Positions 38,613 to 49,941 of a stretch of 64,000 nt of DNA are shown piece after piece. A model generated the notes under the pieces. It was given only the letters and a program-made list of their open reading frames with translations. It was not told the DNA's origin and did not search any database. Location: positions 3,259 through 67,258 of IMG/VR virus record IMGVR_UViG_3300037809_000520; one strand, 5' to 3'. How positions within the stretch are numbered: the stretch's first letter is position 1; the number at the start of each line of letters is the position of its first letter. The translations under genes and the position numbers were made by a program. This DNA is from a virus.

Positions 38613-39668
38613 TTAGAAGTCTAACTTGATCCTTACAAGTAATTCTTTAGTAAAGTCTTTTAACAATGGTCTTGATAGTTTAGCAACCGCTACTAATTCT
38701 TGATCATTGTTATATAAACCTACTGTAGTAATATATACTTGGGGGTCATTAATAAAAGAATTGTATAATACAGCTCCATCTGAACCTGATATAAATGATG
38801 GGTTTGTTGAATAATTAAAGTTTTGACTTCTTGCTCTACAGAAAATAAAATCAGATGATAATTGTTCGTTTGAATTTAAAGTCCACCCGGGTACACTAGC
38901 TGCAGATGCCATATTTATAGCTGCAAATAATAAGTTTGGGTTATTTGATTGGTTATTTATAGTCCTATCAGTACTTAAATTTATACCTCCATCAACAAAT
39001 CTACCATCTAAAGCCTCACCACTTAATATAAGTGTAGCAATGTCTGGTAAAAACCATCCATATGAACCTGATGCTAATGACCAGCCATTTGTATTTACTG
39101 ATGTATTAACAGCACCTGCTGATCCTGATACTAAATTATAAACTCTTCCAGCTTCTGAGAATACTGCTGCTCCTCCTTGTTTACTATCATCTGTTAGATA
39201 TAAAGTTTGAGTTGAACCCGATATCGCAAATGTCATAACCCCAGGTAGAAGTTCTTCTTTATATCCTGATCTTTCAATAGGGAGAGCATAAAAATAAGAT
39301 GAGGATTGGTTACCAAATACAAATGAAGCTTCTTCATCTCCTAAAATTAAATTTCTATATTGGCCATAATTAGTTCTTGTTGGGGATAATATTGGAACAT
39401 TTGGGTTGTATAACAAACTACCACTACCATCAGCATCACAATAAGCTATAGCTGTTTGAACTGATCCTGTTGCTGCTGCTGTACCATATAAATTATAGTA
39501 AAATTGACCTGTTGCACTAGCTACTTGTACTGAGGATGTATAAAATGTTGTTAATGTAGGTTGGTTATTTTCCCAAACTGTACTTGTCACATTTTCATTA
39601 CTTATAATTAAATCCTCAGATGAAATAGGTGAAAAGGTTGCTATGTTGTTTTGATTTTCTTTGGGCAT
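38613..39668 (-). CDS. Baseplate/tail-associated structural protein
   Basis: C-terminal FNYSTNPS...YITTVGLYN..QELVAVAKLSRPL. Confidence 0.6.
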   Translation of the reverse strand: MPKENQNNIATFSPISSEDLIISNENVTSTVWENNQPTLTTFYTSSVQVASATGQFYYNLYGTAAATGSVQTAIAYCDADGSGSLLYNPNVPILSPTRTNYGQYRNLILGDEEASFVFGNQSSSYFYALPIERSGYKEELLPGVMTFAISGSTQTLYLTDDSKQGGAAVFSEAGRVYNLVSGSAGAVNTSVNTNGWSLASGSYGWFLPDIATLILSGEALDGRFVDGGINLSTDRTINNQSNNPNLLFAAINMASAASVPGWTLNSNEQLSSDFIFCRARSQNFNYSTNPSFISGSDGAVLYNSFINDPQVYITTVGLYNNDQELVAVAKLSRPLLKDFTKELLVRIKLDF

Positions 39669-39680
39669 ATCTTTTTATAT

Positions 39681-40364
39681 TTATGTTCTAGTGATTTGTA
39701 TTGGGAGTTGAACTCTTGCTCCTGAATCTCTTCCTATTATTGTTAAGGTACTATAGAGAATAGTAGCTGAATTTCCACCTTGACCATATAAAGTATTAAC
39801 ACCCGTTGCTGTTAATAAACAACTAGTACCAATTACAGTTCTAGATACATTAGTACCATTTGTTATTATATTTTGATTATTTAAAGCACTTGCTGCATCA
39901 GTACTAATACCTTGACCAACAACTCCTTCATTGGAAGCAAATTGTCTTACATCACTTACAGTAAATAAATATCCTGATGATTCTACAACTGAGTTATTAC
40001 CTAAATAATTAAAGGTTTGAGGGTTTATTGTTGTTGTTCCTGTTTGAGCAAGATCAACAACTGATACTCCACCACCAGTAACTACAGGCATTTTAGCTGT
40101 GTCTCTTGGTAGAGTTACTAACTTATATTTCATCATTTGAGTCTCATCAGGAAATGCTTCTAATAAAGGCATGTTTTGGATAGCTTCACCATAATAGGCG
40201 GATCCTGAGGGGTTGGTTGGATTATATAAGGTATAATCAATTTCATCATCTGATAAGGCAAATGAACTGATGTTAAAAGAACCATCTCCTCTGGCTAAAA
40301 GTTCTCTTCCTTTTGTTGTTAAGATAGCATCAACTGTTACTACCTGATTATTTAAATATCCCAT
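39681..40364 (-). CDS. Baseplate/tail-associated structural protein
   Basis: ILTTKGRELLA...ISSFALSDDEIDY resembles tail-collar N-terminal motif; TATTTATA at 40383-40390. Confidence 0.55.
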   Translation of the reverse strand: MGYLNNQVVTVDAILTTKGRELLARGDGSFNISSFALSDDEIDYTLYNPTNPSGSAYYGEAIQNMPLLEAFPDETQMMKYKLVTLPRDTAKMPVVTGGGVSVVDLAQTGTTTINPQTFNYLGNNSVVESSGYLFTVSDVRQFASNEGVVGQGISTDAASALNNQNIITNGTNVSRTVIGTSCLLTATGVNTLYGQGGNSATILYSTLTIIGRDSGARVQLPIQITRT

Positions 40365-40421
40365 TTGTTATATTATTTTAATTATAAATATACGTTTTTT
40401 TGTTTTTTATTCCAAGTTATA

Positions 40422-43400
40422 TTACTCTATTGGATATTTTTTAGTATCATTATCTTCATCGGCTCTGAAAGCATTTTTAGCACTTAATTGATTTATTATA
40501 GTTTGTACATTTCTTTTTTGCTGAGCTGAAAAATCATTAGGGATTAAATATCCTGATGGTGATAGGGTTTTAACTCCTTCTGAGCCTGTTGGGGCTGTTT
40601 GGTATATTACTACTCTATCATCAGCTTCAATTCTTCTTCTAAGAGTAAAATTAAAAATTTGACCTGATGGAATAGGAATATCTAAGGTTCTTGGATCTGG
40701 GTGTACCATTACTTTATCAAAAGTATGGGCAGATGCAGTCATTCTTACAAGACTTGGTCCTCTTACCGAAACCATTGATGATTTCATAGTATCCCCATAT
40801 CCATCTGGAGGGAATATAGAGTTTTCATATTCATCATTTGGACCATTATCTGTAATAGTAAAAGTTTGAGTGTATAATCCACCCACAATAGAATTAGGTC
40901 CTACTGAGTTGTAATCTACTCTGATTTCATCTCCTACTTGAAATAATATAGGTTGTTGGAAATCTTCAAAATTTGTAACATTATCATCACTGTTATTAGT
41001 AGTAAGTTGAAAATCTTCATAAACATAATTAGAAGGATTTGCAAAAAATGGCTCTTTAACTAATTGAATAGTATCTGCAGATCCTCCTGTATTTTTTATA
41101 TTATTTGGTATTCCCGGGAGGACTACAGCTACCCCACTTATAGAAGCTGTAGAATAGATACTTCTTGAAACATATTGGTTAAAAGTATTAACCAATGCTA
41201 ATCCTCTACCAGCATAACATATTGATGTTCCTAAATCTACACTTGCACTAACCCCGAAACTTGATGACATTATTAATGATGCTCCCATCAAATATAATGA
41301 AGAATCTGTACTTCCTGTTAATAGTGAAAAAGCAGATTGGGATTGGACCGTTGAAAATAGTACACTAGCAGTTAAATAATATGATGATGATGGTAATGTA
41401 ATTGTATTAATAGCTGTCCCCGCAAGCCCATACATCCTTGACCAACTTGAACTTACAAAACTTTGTGTAGTTGCATGGTTATTTTTTTCAATTTGGTTAG
41501 TTATTATATTTTGATATTCCATTGATCCTTGATATATCTGACTTTCTCCTACTTTAAGTGAAGTATAATTAATAGTAGCAGAAGAACCTGATTTAGATAT
41601 TTTTCCTTGGTTATAGGCTACTAATGCTTTTCTATCAACTTCAAATGTACTTCTAACTTCTGTTAAATTTTCACCACTTCCATCAACTTTAATTACAACT
41701 GGGTTTTCTGGGGCTTTTTCCCCTTGCACACTATCTAAAGGACACTCAATAAGTTGATCAATATTAAAAGTATAACTACCCCATAATTCATTGGATTGTT
41801 TAGATGTTCTAAAATGAGCAAAATAAATAGGATGTTTTGCAATAGTATTAACTTCTACATTTATTGAAGGCATTGAACCTGGGAGTGAATCCCCACCATA
41901 AACTGGGCTTTGAGCATAAGTATAAACTACTGGCGCACTGGATTTATTATGAACTAATATTCCATTAGCATAATAATTATGGTTATTACTAACACTTGAT
42001 AAATAGTATACAGTAGTTAATTTTATTTCGGTTGTTATCGATGAAACTATAATATCATCCCCTTTTATATCTTGACAGATATCATTAACTTCTATTTTAG
42101 ATGCTTTTACCCATCCTTTTTCTTTCACATAAAATGGGTGTTCTTCAGTAGTATTAATTATATTACCATCATTAAAAGTTATAATTATTATTGACTCGGC
42201 TTCATGAGATGATACATCACCAACAATTCCTTCTTCATTCTTATTATCAAGTTCATTATAAGTTATAATACTTTCACCCTTTACTACATCTTCAATATTT
42301 TTAGTACTACCATTAAATAGTGATATTTGGGTTCCAGGAGTGAAGCAGAGAACAAAAGTTTGGAGAGATTGATTGGATCCCGATAATAAAGTACCAGGTA
42401 CCCCCCCATTTAAATAAGCAATTTCACTTCCTGATGGTGTATATGAATTATAATTAGCACTTTGTAAAGTACTCCCCACATATCTTGGAAGAATTGATGA
42501 TTTTTGAGTATAAAAACTATCAGGTATATCTGCTTTAATAGCTGATCCTGATATAATAGGTATTACATTTGAAGGTACACCTGATGATCCTGTTGAAGAA
42601 CCTCCATCAAATTCTGCTACTTGTAAGTAAGTATTAGCTCTACTTCCAGTAATATTATTAATTAAAGGGTTAAATGGAGAGTTATTAAATATTGTTAAAT
42701 TTGGAAGTTGAGGTGATGGAGTTATATTTTGTAAACCTTGGTTTGAGGTTGGAGTAAATATAGGGGTTGATGAACCACTTAATGCTCTACTTTGTAGTTG
42801 ATTATAAACCCATCCTTGTCCTACTCCTGATGTGTTTGAAAAAGAAATTTTCCCATCAATAACTGTTAAATTTTGACTAAAATAATTACCTACTAAACCA
42901 TATATATCTTCTGTTGTTGGTGTGCCTGTATAATTTGGAATTTCATATGTAAATTGTTCATTAAATGCTAAAGTATCTGTATTATCTACAGGATTATTAT
43001 CAGAATCATAACTAATATTATTAAATGCCGTTATTATTGGGGCATAATTACCAAAATCTCCATAAGATCCTGTCCATGTAGTTCCTACAAAAGTTGCACT
43101 ACCACTTCCGGGTTTTGGGGCTGAGCCTTTAATAATCCAACCTAAAGCTTCTGAAGAAATATAATCAAAATTAGACATATATATAGGGACTGTAATTGGT
43201 CCTGTAAGAGCATCTTCATATCCTCCACCCTGTGGTATATTTTGATCTAATCTAATAACTCTAGCATTGTTTGTTGAGGGATTATTAAACCAATATTTTG
43301 TTAGTCCATATGCATTTGATCCTATATTTCCATATGCTGTAGCTGTGGATGCTACCTGTTTAGTAATTATATCATTTCCCCCAAAGAAGGATGAAATTAA

Positions 43401-46400
43401 AATATTACTATCTAAATTTCCCAATAATCCTGTTTGATCAAAATCAACAGGACCTGTTATAGGATCAAAAAAAGTATTATTAATTGATCCTGATATATCA
43501 AATTTAAGATAAGGTCCTACATCATTAGGAACAATTTGTCCATCTTGAATTCCAAACATACCTGATGCTGAAACTGGTGGGTGAGGAATTGCCTGTAGAG
43601 GAAGTAAATTATTATCATCATATCCTAATAAACCTGCGGGTTCATAAGATTGTGCTGCAGTATTTCCTAATACATCCATTAGAGTAGGAAGAATTAATCC
43701 TACAACCCAAAAATTATGGTTATCTAAATGAGATTGTTGAATGAAAATAGATCCTGTTAAAGTGGAGTTTGGATTATTTGCTTCCCAATTATTAAAATCA
43801 TCTTGCAATTCATCTAATTTACCGTATTCTTTTTGATTTACAACTAAATTAAATGAAAATGAAGGATAAGTATTAATTGGAGTTCCATAAGAGTTACTCC
43901 ATTGTCCTTTACTTGAGGTAATTGCTAATTTATAAGATATATCATTTATTTCAGCTGTTGTGTAGGGATTATCTAACAGTGATTGGGTTGTAACTATTAT
44001 TTCACTTCCGCTAAATTCTCCATTATAAAATTCATCCTGTGATTTATGTATTTCATAAACACTACCAGATATAGTTTCATTTCTTACAATGTAAGATTGT
44101 GTATTAAAGGAATTCCATATACTTGATGAATATGGAATTGGGGTTGTAGGAGATCCTATAAAATCATTATTTGTGGCAGCAACTGAAGCTAAAGGTGTGA
44201 AATAAATATATGATAAATTAACAGATTTTGGGGTAGCAGGATCTGACATTAAATCTAAACCTTTAACCCAAAATGATATGTCTTCTTCTGGCAGCATTTC
44301 ATAATACGATGTGCTTGCAGGAGTGTTAATTGGAGTCAATGAAGCTGAGGATATAATATCTGTGCCTATAATACCTCTTTTTGAAGATGAAACAGCAAAT
44401 TCAAACCCCTCATCATATCCTAAGAAATTAGTTGTGTTAGAATTAAAAAATTTAAATCTTGTTTTTAAAGGTTGTTTTAATCTAATACCTTGTGTGGGTC
44501 CTGAACCAAAATTTGAATCTACTATATCTCCATAACTATTTATTACTCCACCAGCTCTAATAAGGTTAGTGTATTGACTAGGGATATTAGTGGGTGATGT
44601 TTGTGAGTAAAACAAGAAATAAGCAGATTGAGTTACTTCAACATTATAAGGATCTAATACCCCACCTGTTCCTCCTCCTATAGTAGCTACATCAATACTT
44701 CCGGTAATTTCTAAATCTCTATATGAAATGGGGCTATTTATTCCTTCAGCTGTTGATTGACCCCCTACTACGGACCCCGTTTCTGGTGTGTAAGCTATTA
44801 TAGTATTTGGATTAACTTTTACAGGGACGCGGCGATTGCGCTCCAACATATGTTGTTTAATTATAACACCTGTAGTTACGCTAGTACGTGCTGGAACATA
44901 TGATTTAATGGCTTTAAATAATGAATTATCAAAATATTTAATTAATCTTAAATAATCCCAAACATCACCTTCTGTATATTTTTTAAAATATTCGTTTGCA
45001 ATTTGTCTTAATTTTGGATAATAAGACTCTGTTGAATCATAAGCAAATCTAGGATCTGCTAACACATCAGAAATAACACCATATCCATAAGTTGCTATTA
45101 TATCATCATTAACCTCGTCTTGAGGTGAAAAACCTACTTCTAGACTTGTTATATCCTCAGTATAACTCTGACTTATTAAATAATCTTGATCTATACTTCT
45201 ATATTTAGATAATACTGTACCATAATCCTCACCATCATTAACTTGAATTTTATTTGAAATTCTATTTCTAATACCAATTGCTGGTTGATCTAAAAAGTAA
45301 GTTTCTACATTAGGTTTACTATATGTGTAGATTGATGCTGCCTCATATCCTATAAAATCATAACTTGAAGTTAAAGCACTAGTAGCAGGATCAATAAATG
45401 ATTGGGTAAATATCATAGGTGCTGAGCCTGTTATTGCAGGGTGTGAAGATGATATTAATGTTGTAAAAGATTGACTTATAGATGATGTAAATTTATATTC
45501 TAGCTCATTACCCAAAGGAGCTCTAAAATTAACTATATCAAATGAAGATTCAGACCCTGTAACATTATTACCCTCAACAGACTCTGGATTCATTACAAAA
45601 TCATTAAAGGTTTCTTTTGAAATATTATTTGAATAATATCTAAATTCTTGAAAGGATCCTGAAAATATTTTAGCTCCTTCATTTAATACCTCAGACATTA
45701 CATCTGAACCAGACACATATCCTCCTACATAAACTCCATCAATATCAGATACCCCAAATCTATTCCATGATTCATTTATAGAAGGTGAACTTGCTGAAGG
45801 ATCATCATATATTGTACTATTATATGTTCCCCCTCCATATCCTGAATTAAAAGCTACATTAGCTGAACTCATACTCACTGATCCTGACCACCCTAATGAA
45901 TTACCATCCCAACCATCTACTTGCTTATTAGCCGCAAATAAAGTATAGGTAGTAGCATCCGCACTATCGTTAGTATGAGTATCTCTTTGTAATAATACAC
46001 TCCACCAACCCCCATCAAAGAAGGGTAAGGAAATATCATTTGATATTTGTACTCCTCCATCTGCTGTTGAAGCAGACATATAAAATCTTAATTTACCATA
46101 ATTGTAATAATCACTAAAACTAGATCCTGAATATGATCCTGATGGTTGATCTTCATAAAATAAACCAATCCCCCAATCCATTTGTTTGTCATTAGTTCCA
46201 TTTGATTTTTTAACAGCTAATGATTGACTATAAAATTTACCCCCATAACTTGATGAAGGATGACCTGTAGTTTTAAATCTAAAAGCAACACCATCTGGTA
46301 CTATATACTCATTGTCCGCTATTTTGTTACGTTGTAATGGCATCCATGGTACTTTAACCGATGAACTTGCCATATATTGACTAGCAACTGGGGTATACGC

Positions 46401-48419
46401 GTAACTATAACGTTTATACCATAAGTCATAATCATCCGAGTTGTCTTTATTTTTACCCCCAAATTCATTAATTCGAAGAATTGTATTTGGAACACCCCAA
46501 ATATTAATTAATTGTCTTAAACCACTAATTGTACCTTTTTTCTTAGTAAGATAAGCCATATTATGATAAAGACGTTTGTAAATTTCTTTACTTACTTTAT
46601 CAATAGCATAAGGCCATCCAGGTTCATTTATCTGTTCAACATAATTAAGCCATGAATATCCTAAATTCCAATAATTTATAATTTGACCATTATTTACAGC
46701 TATATAATCTGTAATTAATTCACTCCCTGTTGGGGGTACATAGATTCCATTATCCTCACCTGTTAAACCTATAAAATTATCTTGGTTATCATAATTATTT
46801 CCAAAAGTTTCAAATCCTAAACCTTTAATAGCTTCTGCCGCTAAATCTAAAGGTAAACCTGATTCAGGATCGTTTGTTGTATTATATCTTTCACTTAATG
46901 CTCTAGTATATAACCATACTTCATCAAATGATTGACCTACCATATTTGAAAATTCTACATATTCATCATTATCTGAATTTTCAGTAATAAAAGTTGGTAT
47001 TGTATAATATAACCAATTTTGATTATCCTCATCATATAAAGAAGCTGATAATTTATATCCACCATAATATTGAGTATTTTCAACATCACTACCCACCCAT
47101 GTTAATACTTCAGTACTCCCTGTTGCTAGAAGAGTATAAGGATATGAAGATCCTGTTTTAGGGTATGCATATGATGATGATTCATGATAAAGATAACTTT
47201 CATACCCATCAAAGTTTTTAACTAAGTTTGTTATGTTAGTCTGTAAACTTGCTAAACTTTGAGATATTTCTGTTACATTTGGGTTAGAACCAGTTGTTAA
47301 TATAATAGCATTAATATCTGATTGATATGATTGTATTTGGGATACTTTTTCATAAAAATTATTAATTCTTTGCTTTGCTGATGAGAAGTTAATAAATTCA
47401 TTAAAAGTATTATATGAATAATTGGGGGTAATTGTTACTCCCGTTTTATTTAAATGATTTAAAACATTATCTAAAGATTTTGATGATGGGGTTGAAATTA
47501 AATCATCATAAGATTTTAAAGTAGTTGAATTATTAATTAAATCTTGAAGGGGGATATTAACATTAGGGCCCTTAATGTAGTTAGCATTATCTATAAATGA
47601 TGAAAAATCTTGAATAAATTCAACTTTATAAGCTATAGATTCTCCCACTTTTGTAACAACATACGATAAATCATCTACTTTATATTGTTGCGGGAGAGGA
47701 TCGAATAGTTTGATTAAAACTGATGGAGTATCTCCATCACTATCAAGTATAATATTAATAGCAACTACATAATTATTTTCAAATAATCCAATATAAAACT
47801 CATCAAAATATTCTGATGAATTTAATTTACTATTTAAATTGATAAACCCTTGCTTTATATCTGTTGTAGGGATAGTATTAGAACTTAATCTAATTTCTGT
47901 TCTGTCCCCGGATATTTCTGATATATAATAATTTTTTTCTATTGATGAATTTAATTCATAATTGATAAAATTATAAAACGCAAAAACTTCTCCATTATCA
48001 AATCCTCTATTATATAAATCTGTTGTTGGAGAAATTGTAATTTCATTAGTTGGTATTACATTAATTTCATCCGGACTTTCAATAAGACCCGCATCATTAG
48101 TAAATTCTGTAGATACATCTGGGTTGGATGTGTTGTTTGTTATACTCCAATCAGTAAAATTATAATCTTGACTAATTAGTGATTTTTGAGAATCATATAC
48201 ATAAAATTCAATTAAACTCCCACTTTGAAAAAAGGATCCTGATATGTTTTCATTAGGAATTATTTCAGAATTAGCAAATTCATACCCTGTACTGACTATT
48301 TCACTAGCTGGTATTGAGGTACAAGATGCACTAATATTAATACTATTATCATCAAATAATGGTACTAATGGGTCTTCGGTGTTAGGGTTGAAATTTATGT
48401 ATGTATCGTTACTTTCCAT
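40422..48419 (-). CDS. Very large baseplate wedge-like structural protein with internal Hint domain
   Basis: YHN..YL.KKKGT..GLR.LINIWG motif (gp7/gpI-like); position in baseplate cluster. Confidence 0.65.
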   Translation of the reverse strand: MESNDTYINFNPNTEDPLVPLFDDNSINISASCTSIPASEIVSTGYEFANSEIIPNENISGSFFQSGSLIEFYVYDSQKSLISQDYNFTDWSITNNTSNPDVSTEFTNDAGLIESPDEINVIPTNEITISPTTDLYNRGFDNGEVFAFYNFINYELNSSIEKNYYISEISGDRTEIRLSSNTIPTTDIKQGFINLNSKLNSSEYFDEFYIGLFENNYVVAINIILDSDGDTPSVLIKLFDPLPQQYKVDDLSYVVTKVGESIAYKVEFIQDFSSFIDNANYIKGPNVNIPLQDLINNSTTLKSYDDLISTPSSKSLDNVLNHLNKTGVTITPNYSYNTFNEFINFSSAKQRINNFYEKVSQIQSYQSDINAIILTTGSNPNVTEISQSLASLQTNITNLVKNFDGYESYLYHESSSYAYPKTGSSYPYTLLATGSTEVLTWVGSDVENTQYYGGYKLSASLYDEDNQNWLYYTIPTFITENSDNDEYVEFSNMVGQSFDEVWLYTRALSERYNTTNDPESGLPLDLAAEAIKGLGFETFGNNYDNQDNFIGLTGEDNGIYVPPTGSELITDYIAVNNGQIINYWNLGYSWLNYVEQINEPGWPYAIDKVSKEIYKRLYHNMAYLTKKKGTISGLRQLINIWGVPNTILRINEFGGKNKDNSDDYDLWYKRYSYAYTPVASQYMASSSVKVPWMPLQRNKIADNEYIVPDGVAFRFKTTGHPSSSYGGKFYSQSLAVKKSNGTNDKQMDWGIGLFYEDQPSGSYSGSSFSDYYNYGKLRFYMSASTADGGVQISNDISLPFFDGGWWSVLLQRDTHTNDSADATTYTLFAANKQVDGWDGNSLGWSGSVSMSSANVAFNSGYGGGTYNSTIYDDPSASSPSINESWNRFGVSDIDGVYVGGYVSGSDVMSEVLNEGAKIFSGSFQEFRYYSNNISKETFNDFVMNPESVEGNNVTGSESSFDIVNFRAPLGNELEYKFTSSISQSFTTLISSSHPAITGSAPMIFTQSFIDPATSALTSSYDFIGYEAASIYTYSKPNVETYFLDQPAIGIRNRISNKIQVNDGEDYGTVLSKYRSIDQDYLISQSYTEDITSLEVGFSPQDEVNDDIIATYGYGVISDVLADPRFAYDSTESYYPKLRQIANEYFKKYTEGDVWDYLRLIKYFDNSLFKAIKSYVPARTSVTTGVIIKQHMLERNRRVPVKVNPNTIIAYTPETGSVVGGQSTAEGINSPISYRDLEITGSIDVATIGGGTGGVLDPYNVEVTQSAYFLFYSQTSPTNIPSQYTNLIRAGGVINSYGDIVDSNFGSGPTQGIRLKQPLKTRFKFFNSNTTNFLGYDEGFEFAVSSSKRGIIGTDIISSASLTPINTPASTSYYEMLPEEDISFWVKGLDLMSDPATPKSVNLSYIYFTPLASVAATNNDFIGSPTTPIPYSSSIWNSFNTQSYIVRNETISGSVYEIHKSQDEFYNGEFSGSEIIVTTQSLLDNPYTTAEINDISYKLAITSSKGQWSNSYGTPINTYPSFSFNLVVNQKEYGKLDELQDDFNNWEANNPNSTLTGSIFIQQSHLDNHNFWVVGLILPTLMDVLGNTAAQSYEPAGLLGYDDNNLLPLQAIPHPPVSASGMFGIQDGQIVPNDVGPYLKFDISGSINNTFFDPITGPVDFDQTGLLGNLDSNILISSFFGGNDIITKQVASTATAYGNIGSNAYGLTKYWFNNPSTNNARVIRLDQNIPQGGGYEDALTGPITVPIYMSNFDYISSEALGWIIKGSAPKPGSGSATFVGTTWTGSYGDFGNYAPIITAFNNISYDSDNNPVDNTDTLAFNEQFTYEIPNYTGTPTTEDIYGLVGNYFSQNLTVIDGKISFSNTSGVGQGWVYNQLQSRALSGSSTPIFTPTSNQGLQNITPSPQLPNLTIFNNSPFNPLINNITGSRANTYLQVAEFDGGSSTGSSGVPSNVIPIISGSAIKADIPDSFYTQKSSILPRYVGSTLQSANYNSYTPSGSEIAYLNGGVPGTLLSGSNQSLQTFVLCFTPGTQISLFNGSTKNIEDVVKGESIITYNELDNKNEEGIVGDVSSHEAESIIIITFNDGNIINTTEEHPFYVKEKGWVKASKIEVNDICQDIKGDDIIVSSITTEIKLTTVYYLSSVSNNHNYYANGILVHNKSSAPVVYTYAQSPVYGGDSLPGSMPSINVEVNTIAKHPIYFAHFRTSKQSNELWGSYTFNIDQLIECPLDSVQGEKAPENPVVIKVDGSGENLTEVRSTFEVDRKALVAYNQGKISKSGSSATINYTSLKVGESQIYQGSMEYQNIITNQIEKNNHATTQSFVSSSWSRMYGLAGTAINTITLPSSSYYLTASVLFSTVQSQSAFSLLTGSTDSSLYLMGASLIMSSSFGVSASVDLGTSICYAGRGLALVNTFNQYVSRSIYSTASISGVAVVLPGIPNNIKNTGGSADTIQLVKEPFFANPSNYVYEDFQLTTNNSDDNVTNFEDFQQPILFQVGDEIRVDYNSVGPNSIVGGLYTQTFTITDNGPNDEYENSIFPPDGYGDTMKSSMVSVRGPSLVRMTASAHTFDKVMVHPDPRTLDIPIPSGQIFNFTLRRRIEADDRVVIYQTAPTGSEGVKTLSPSGYLIPNDFSAQQKRNVQTIINQLSAKNAFRADEDNDTKKYPIE
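41946..42347 (-). other. Hint (intein-like) autoprocessing domain, 134 aa, no endonuclease
   Basis: CFTPGTQI start, TEEHPFY block B, VY.L...HNYYANGILVHN end; +1 residue Lys. Confidence 0.9.
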
Positions 48420-48430
48420 TAACTATTATA

Positions 48431-48796
48431 TTACTGATTATCTGCAAAATCCTGAATTACTTGAGCAATTTCTTGTCTTACTTCTAAATTTTCTGTCCTT
48501 AACTCTGCTATTTCTGATAATAATGCTTCTATTTCTTCTTTTTGAGGGGTGTAATCAATAAAATCCCCACTAGTTTGGACTAAATATTGGTGGGAATTAA
48601 TATCACCTTCTTTTGGAATTTCATAAAAAAACTTTTGATATAATATCCAAAAATCTTCTTGGGTTGCCAAATTAACATCAAAAAAAGAAGGATCATCAAC
48701 AGTATTTAATTGAGTAAAACTCGTATCTACTGTGTTGTTAAAAGCATTTTTATCAAATACTTGTCTTTTTAAGTTTACTTGTTTTGAATTGCTCAT
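48431..48796 (-). CDS. Hypothetical protein in baseplate cluster
   Basis: Intact ORF with C-terminal coiled coil. Confidence 0.6.
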   Translation of the reverse strand: MSNSKQVNLKRQVFDKNAFNNTVDTSFTQLNTVDDPSFFDVNLATQEDFWILYQKFFYEIPKEGDINSHQYLVQTSGDFIDYTPQKEEIEALLSEIAELRTENLEVRQEIAQVIQDFADNQ

Positions 48797-49935
48797 CCTT
48801 TAGCTATTTTAAACATAATATTTTCATCAAAAACTTTTACTTGTCCCCCAATTGATGTTTTAACTAAAATTGTATAATATCTTTCAGGTTCTAAACCATT
48901 ACAATATAAATCAAAATAACTTGAAGTTGCGTCTGAGCTAATTCTTGTATATTCAGTATCAAATTCAATTACAAATTCATTAGTTTCAGTATCTTTTATA
49001 GCATATAATGATTGGCTTTCTGGTAGAAAGTAATTAGTTGTATAAAGAGAAGCTGTTAAGAATGCTCTATCTGGGTATTTTGGCATAGCCGCAAATCTTA
49101 ATCTAGGAATACTTTCTGAATAATATGTACCTTGATTATTATAAATAGAAATAAAACTTTCTACTTGGGGTAATATGGTATTTGTAGAAGATCCAGTACT
49201 AAAAGTATAATCATTAAATCTAAATTCTAATTGTGGGGGGTATATTGTATTAGTATCAATTGAGAAGAATCTGAAGATTGTATTATTAGCTTTAGTATTA
49301 ACAAATTCACTCCCTGATGGTTGTTTAACTAAAAATCCTTCATTAGCAAACCCTTGAGCGTTATCTAATGAATAACTATACCAAGTTTCAACTGTGTTTG
49401 TTACATCAACTAAAACATCTTTAGTATCAGAATATGTAAAAATTTGTGATTGAGATATAGGATCTAATGTTAGATTTGAACCTGTATACCAATTACCTCC
49501 CCCTGGGAGAGTTGATTGGAAAGAAGCTGTTGTATAAGCATTAAATCCTGATGCAGGCCATACTGTAGATCCTGAGTAATCTAACCAATCCCAACTTGAC
49601 CCATTTGTTACTATAGGTGAATCATTATATCTTCCAGTTCCCATACCCCAATTTCCACTTATTGGATAAAATTCTAATTCTTGGTCTAAATTTAATCCTG
49701 TTACAACAGCATTAAAGTTTTTTAAATATGCTTTATACTCTCCATTTGTTATTCTATCAGTATACATTTCAGAAATCTGACTTGTAGAAAATTTAATTAA
49801 ATATCTACTAACTTGAGCTGTTGCGTTCGATTGATATGTTGATGCTTCAATAATTTGATCTAACCCAGTATTTTTACTAGGAAATTCAGTGTATAATGTA
49901 GTATCTTTTTCTGGGAATATTTTATATACAGCCAT
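48793..49935 (-). CDS. Putative virion structural protein
   Basis: KDTTLY...NTGLD..IE, SR.LIKF, W.MGTG, GFLVK, FFS..T.TIYPP.L; baseplate cluster. Confidence 0.55.
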   Translation of the reverse strand: MAVYKIFPEKDTTLYTEFPSKNTGLDQIIEASTYQSNATAQVSRYLIKFSTSQISEMYTDRITNGEYKAYLKNFNAVVTGLNLDQELEFYPISGNWGMGTGRYNDSPIVTNGSSWDWLDYSGSTVWPASGFNAYTTASFQSTLPGGGNWYTGSNLTLDPISQSQIFTYSDTKDVLVDVTNTVETWYSYSLDNAQGFANEGFLVKQPSGSEFVNTKANNTIFRFFSIDTNTIYPPQLEFRFNDYTFSTGSSTNTILPQVESFISIYNNQGTYYSESIPRLRFAAMPKYPDRAFLTASLYTTNYFLPESQSLYAIKDTETNEFVIEFDTEYTRISSDATSSYFDLYCNGLEPERYYTILVKTSIGGQVKVFDENIMFKIAKG

Positions 49936-49941
49936 ATCTTT

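Noticed and set aside
41946-42347. Canonical mobile intein
   Set aside because: No homing endonuclease and the +1 residue is Lys, so standard splicing is not expected
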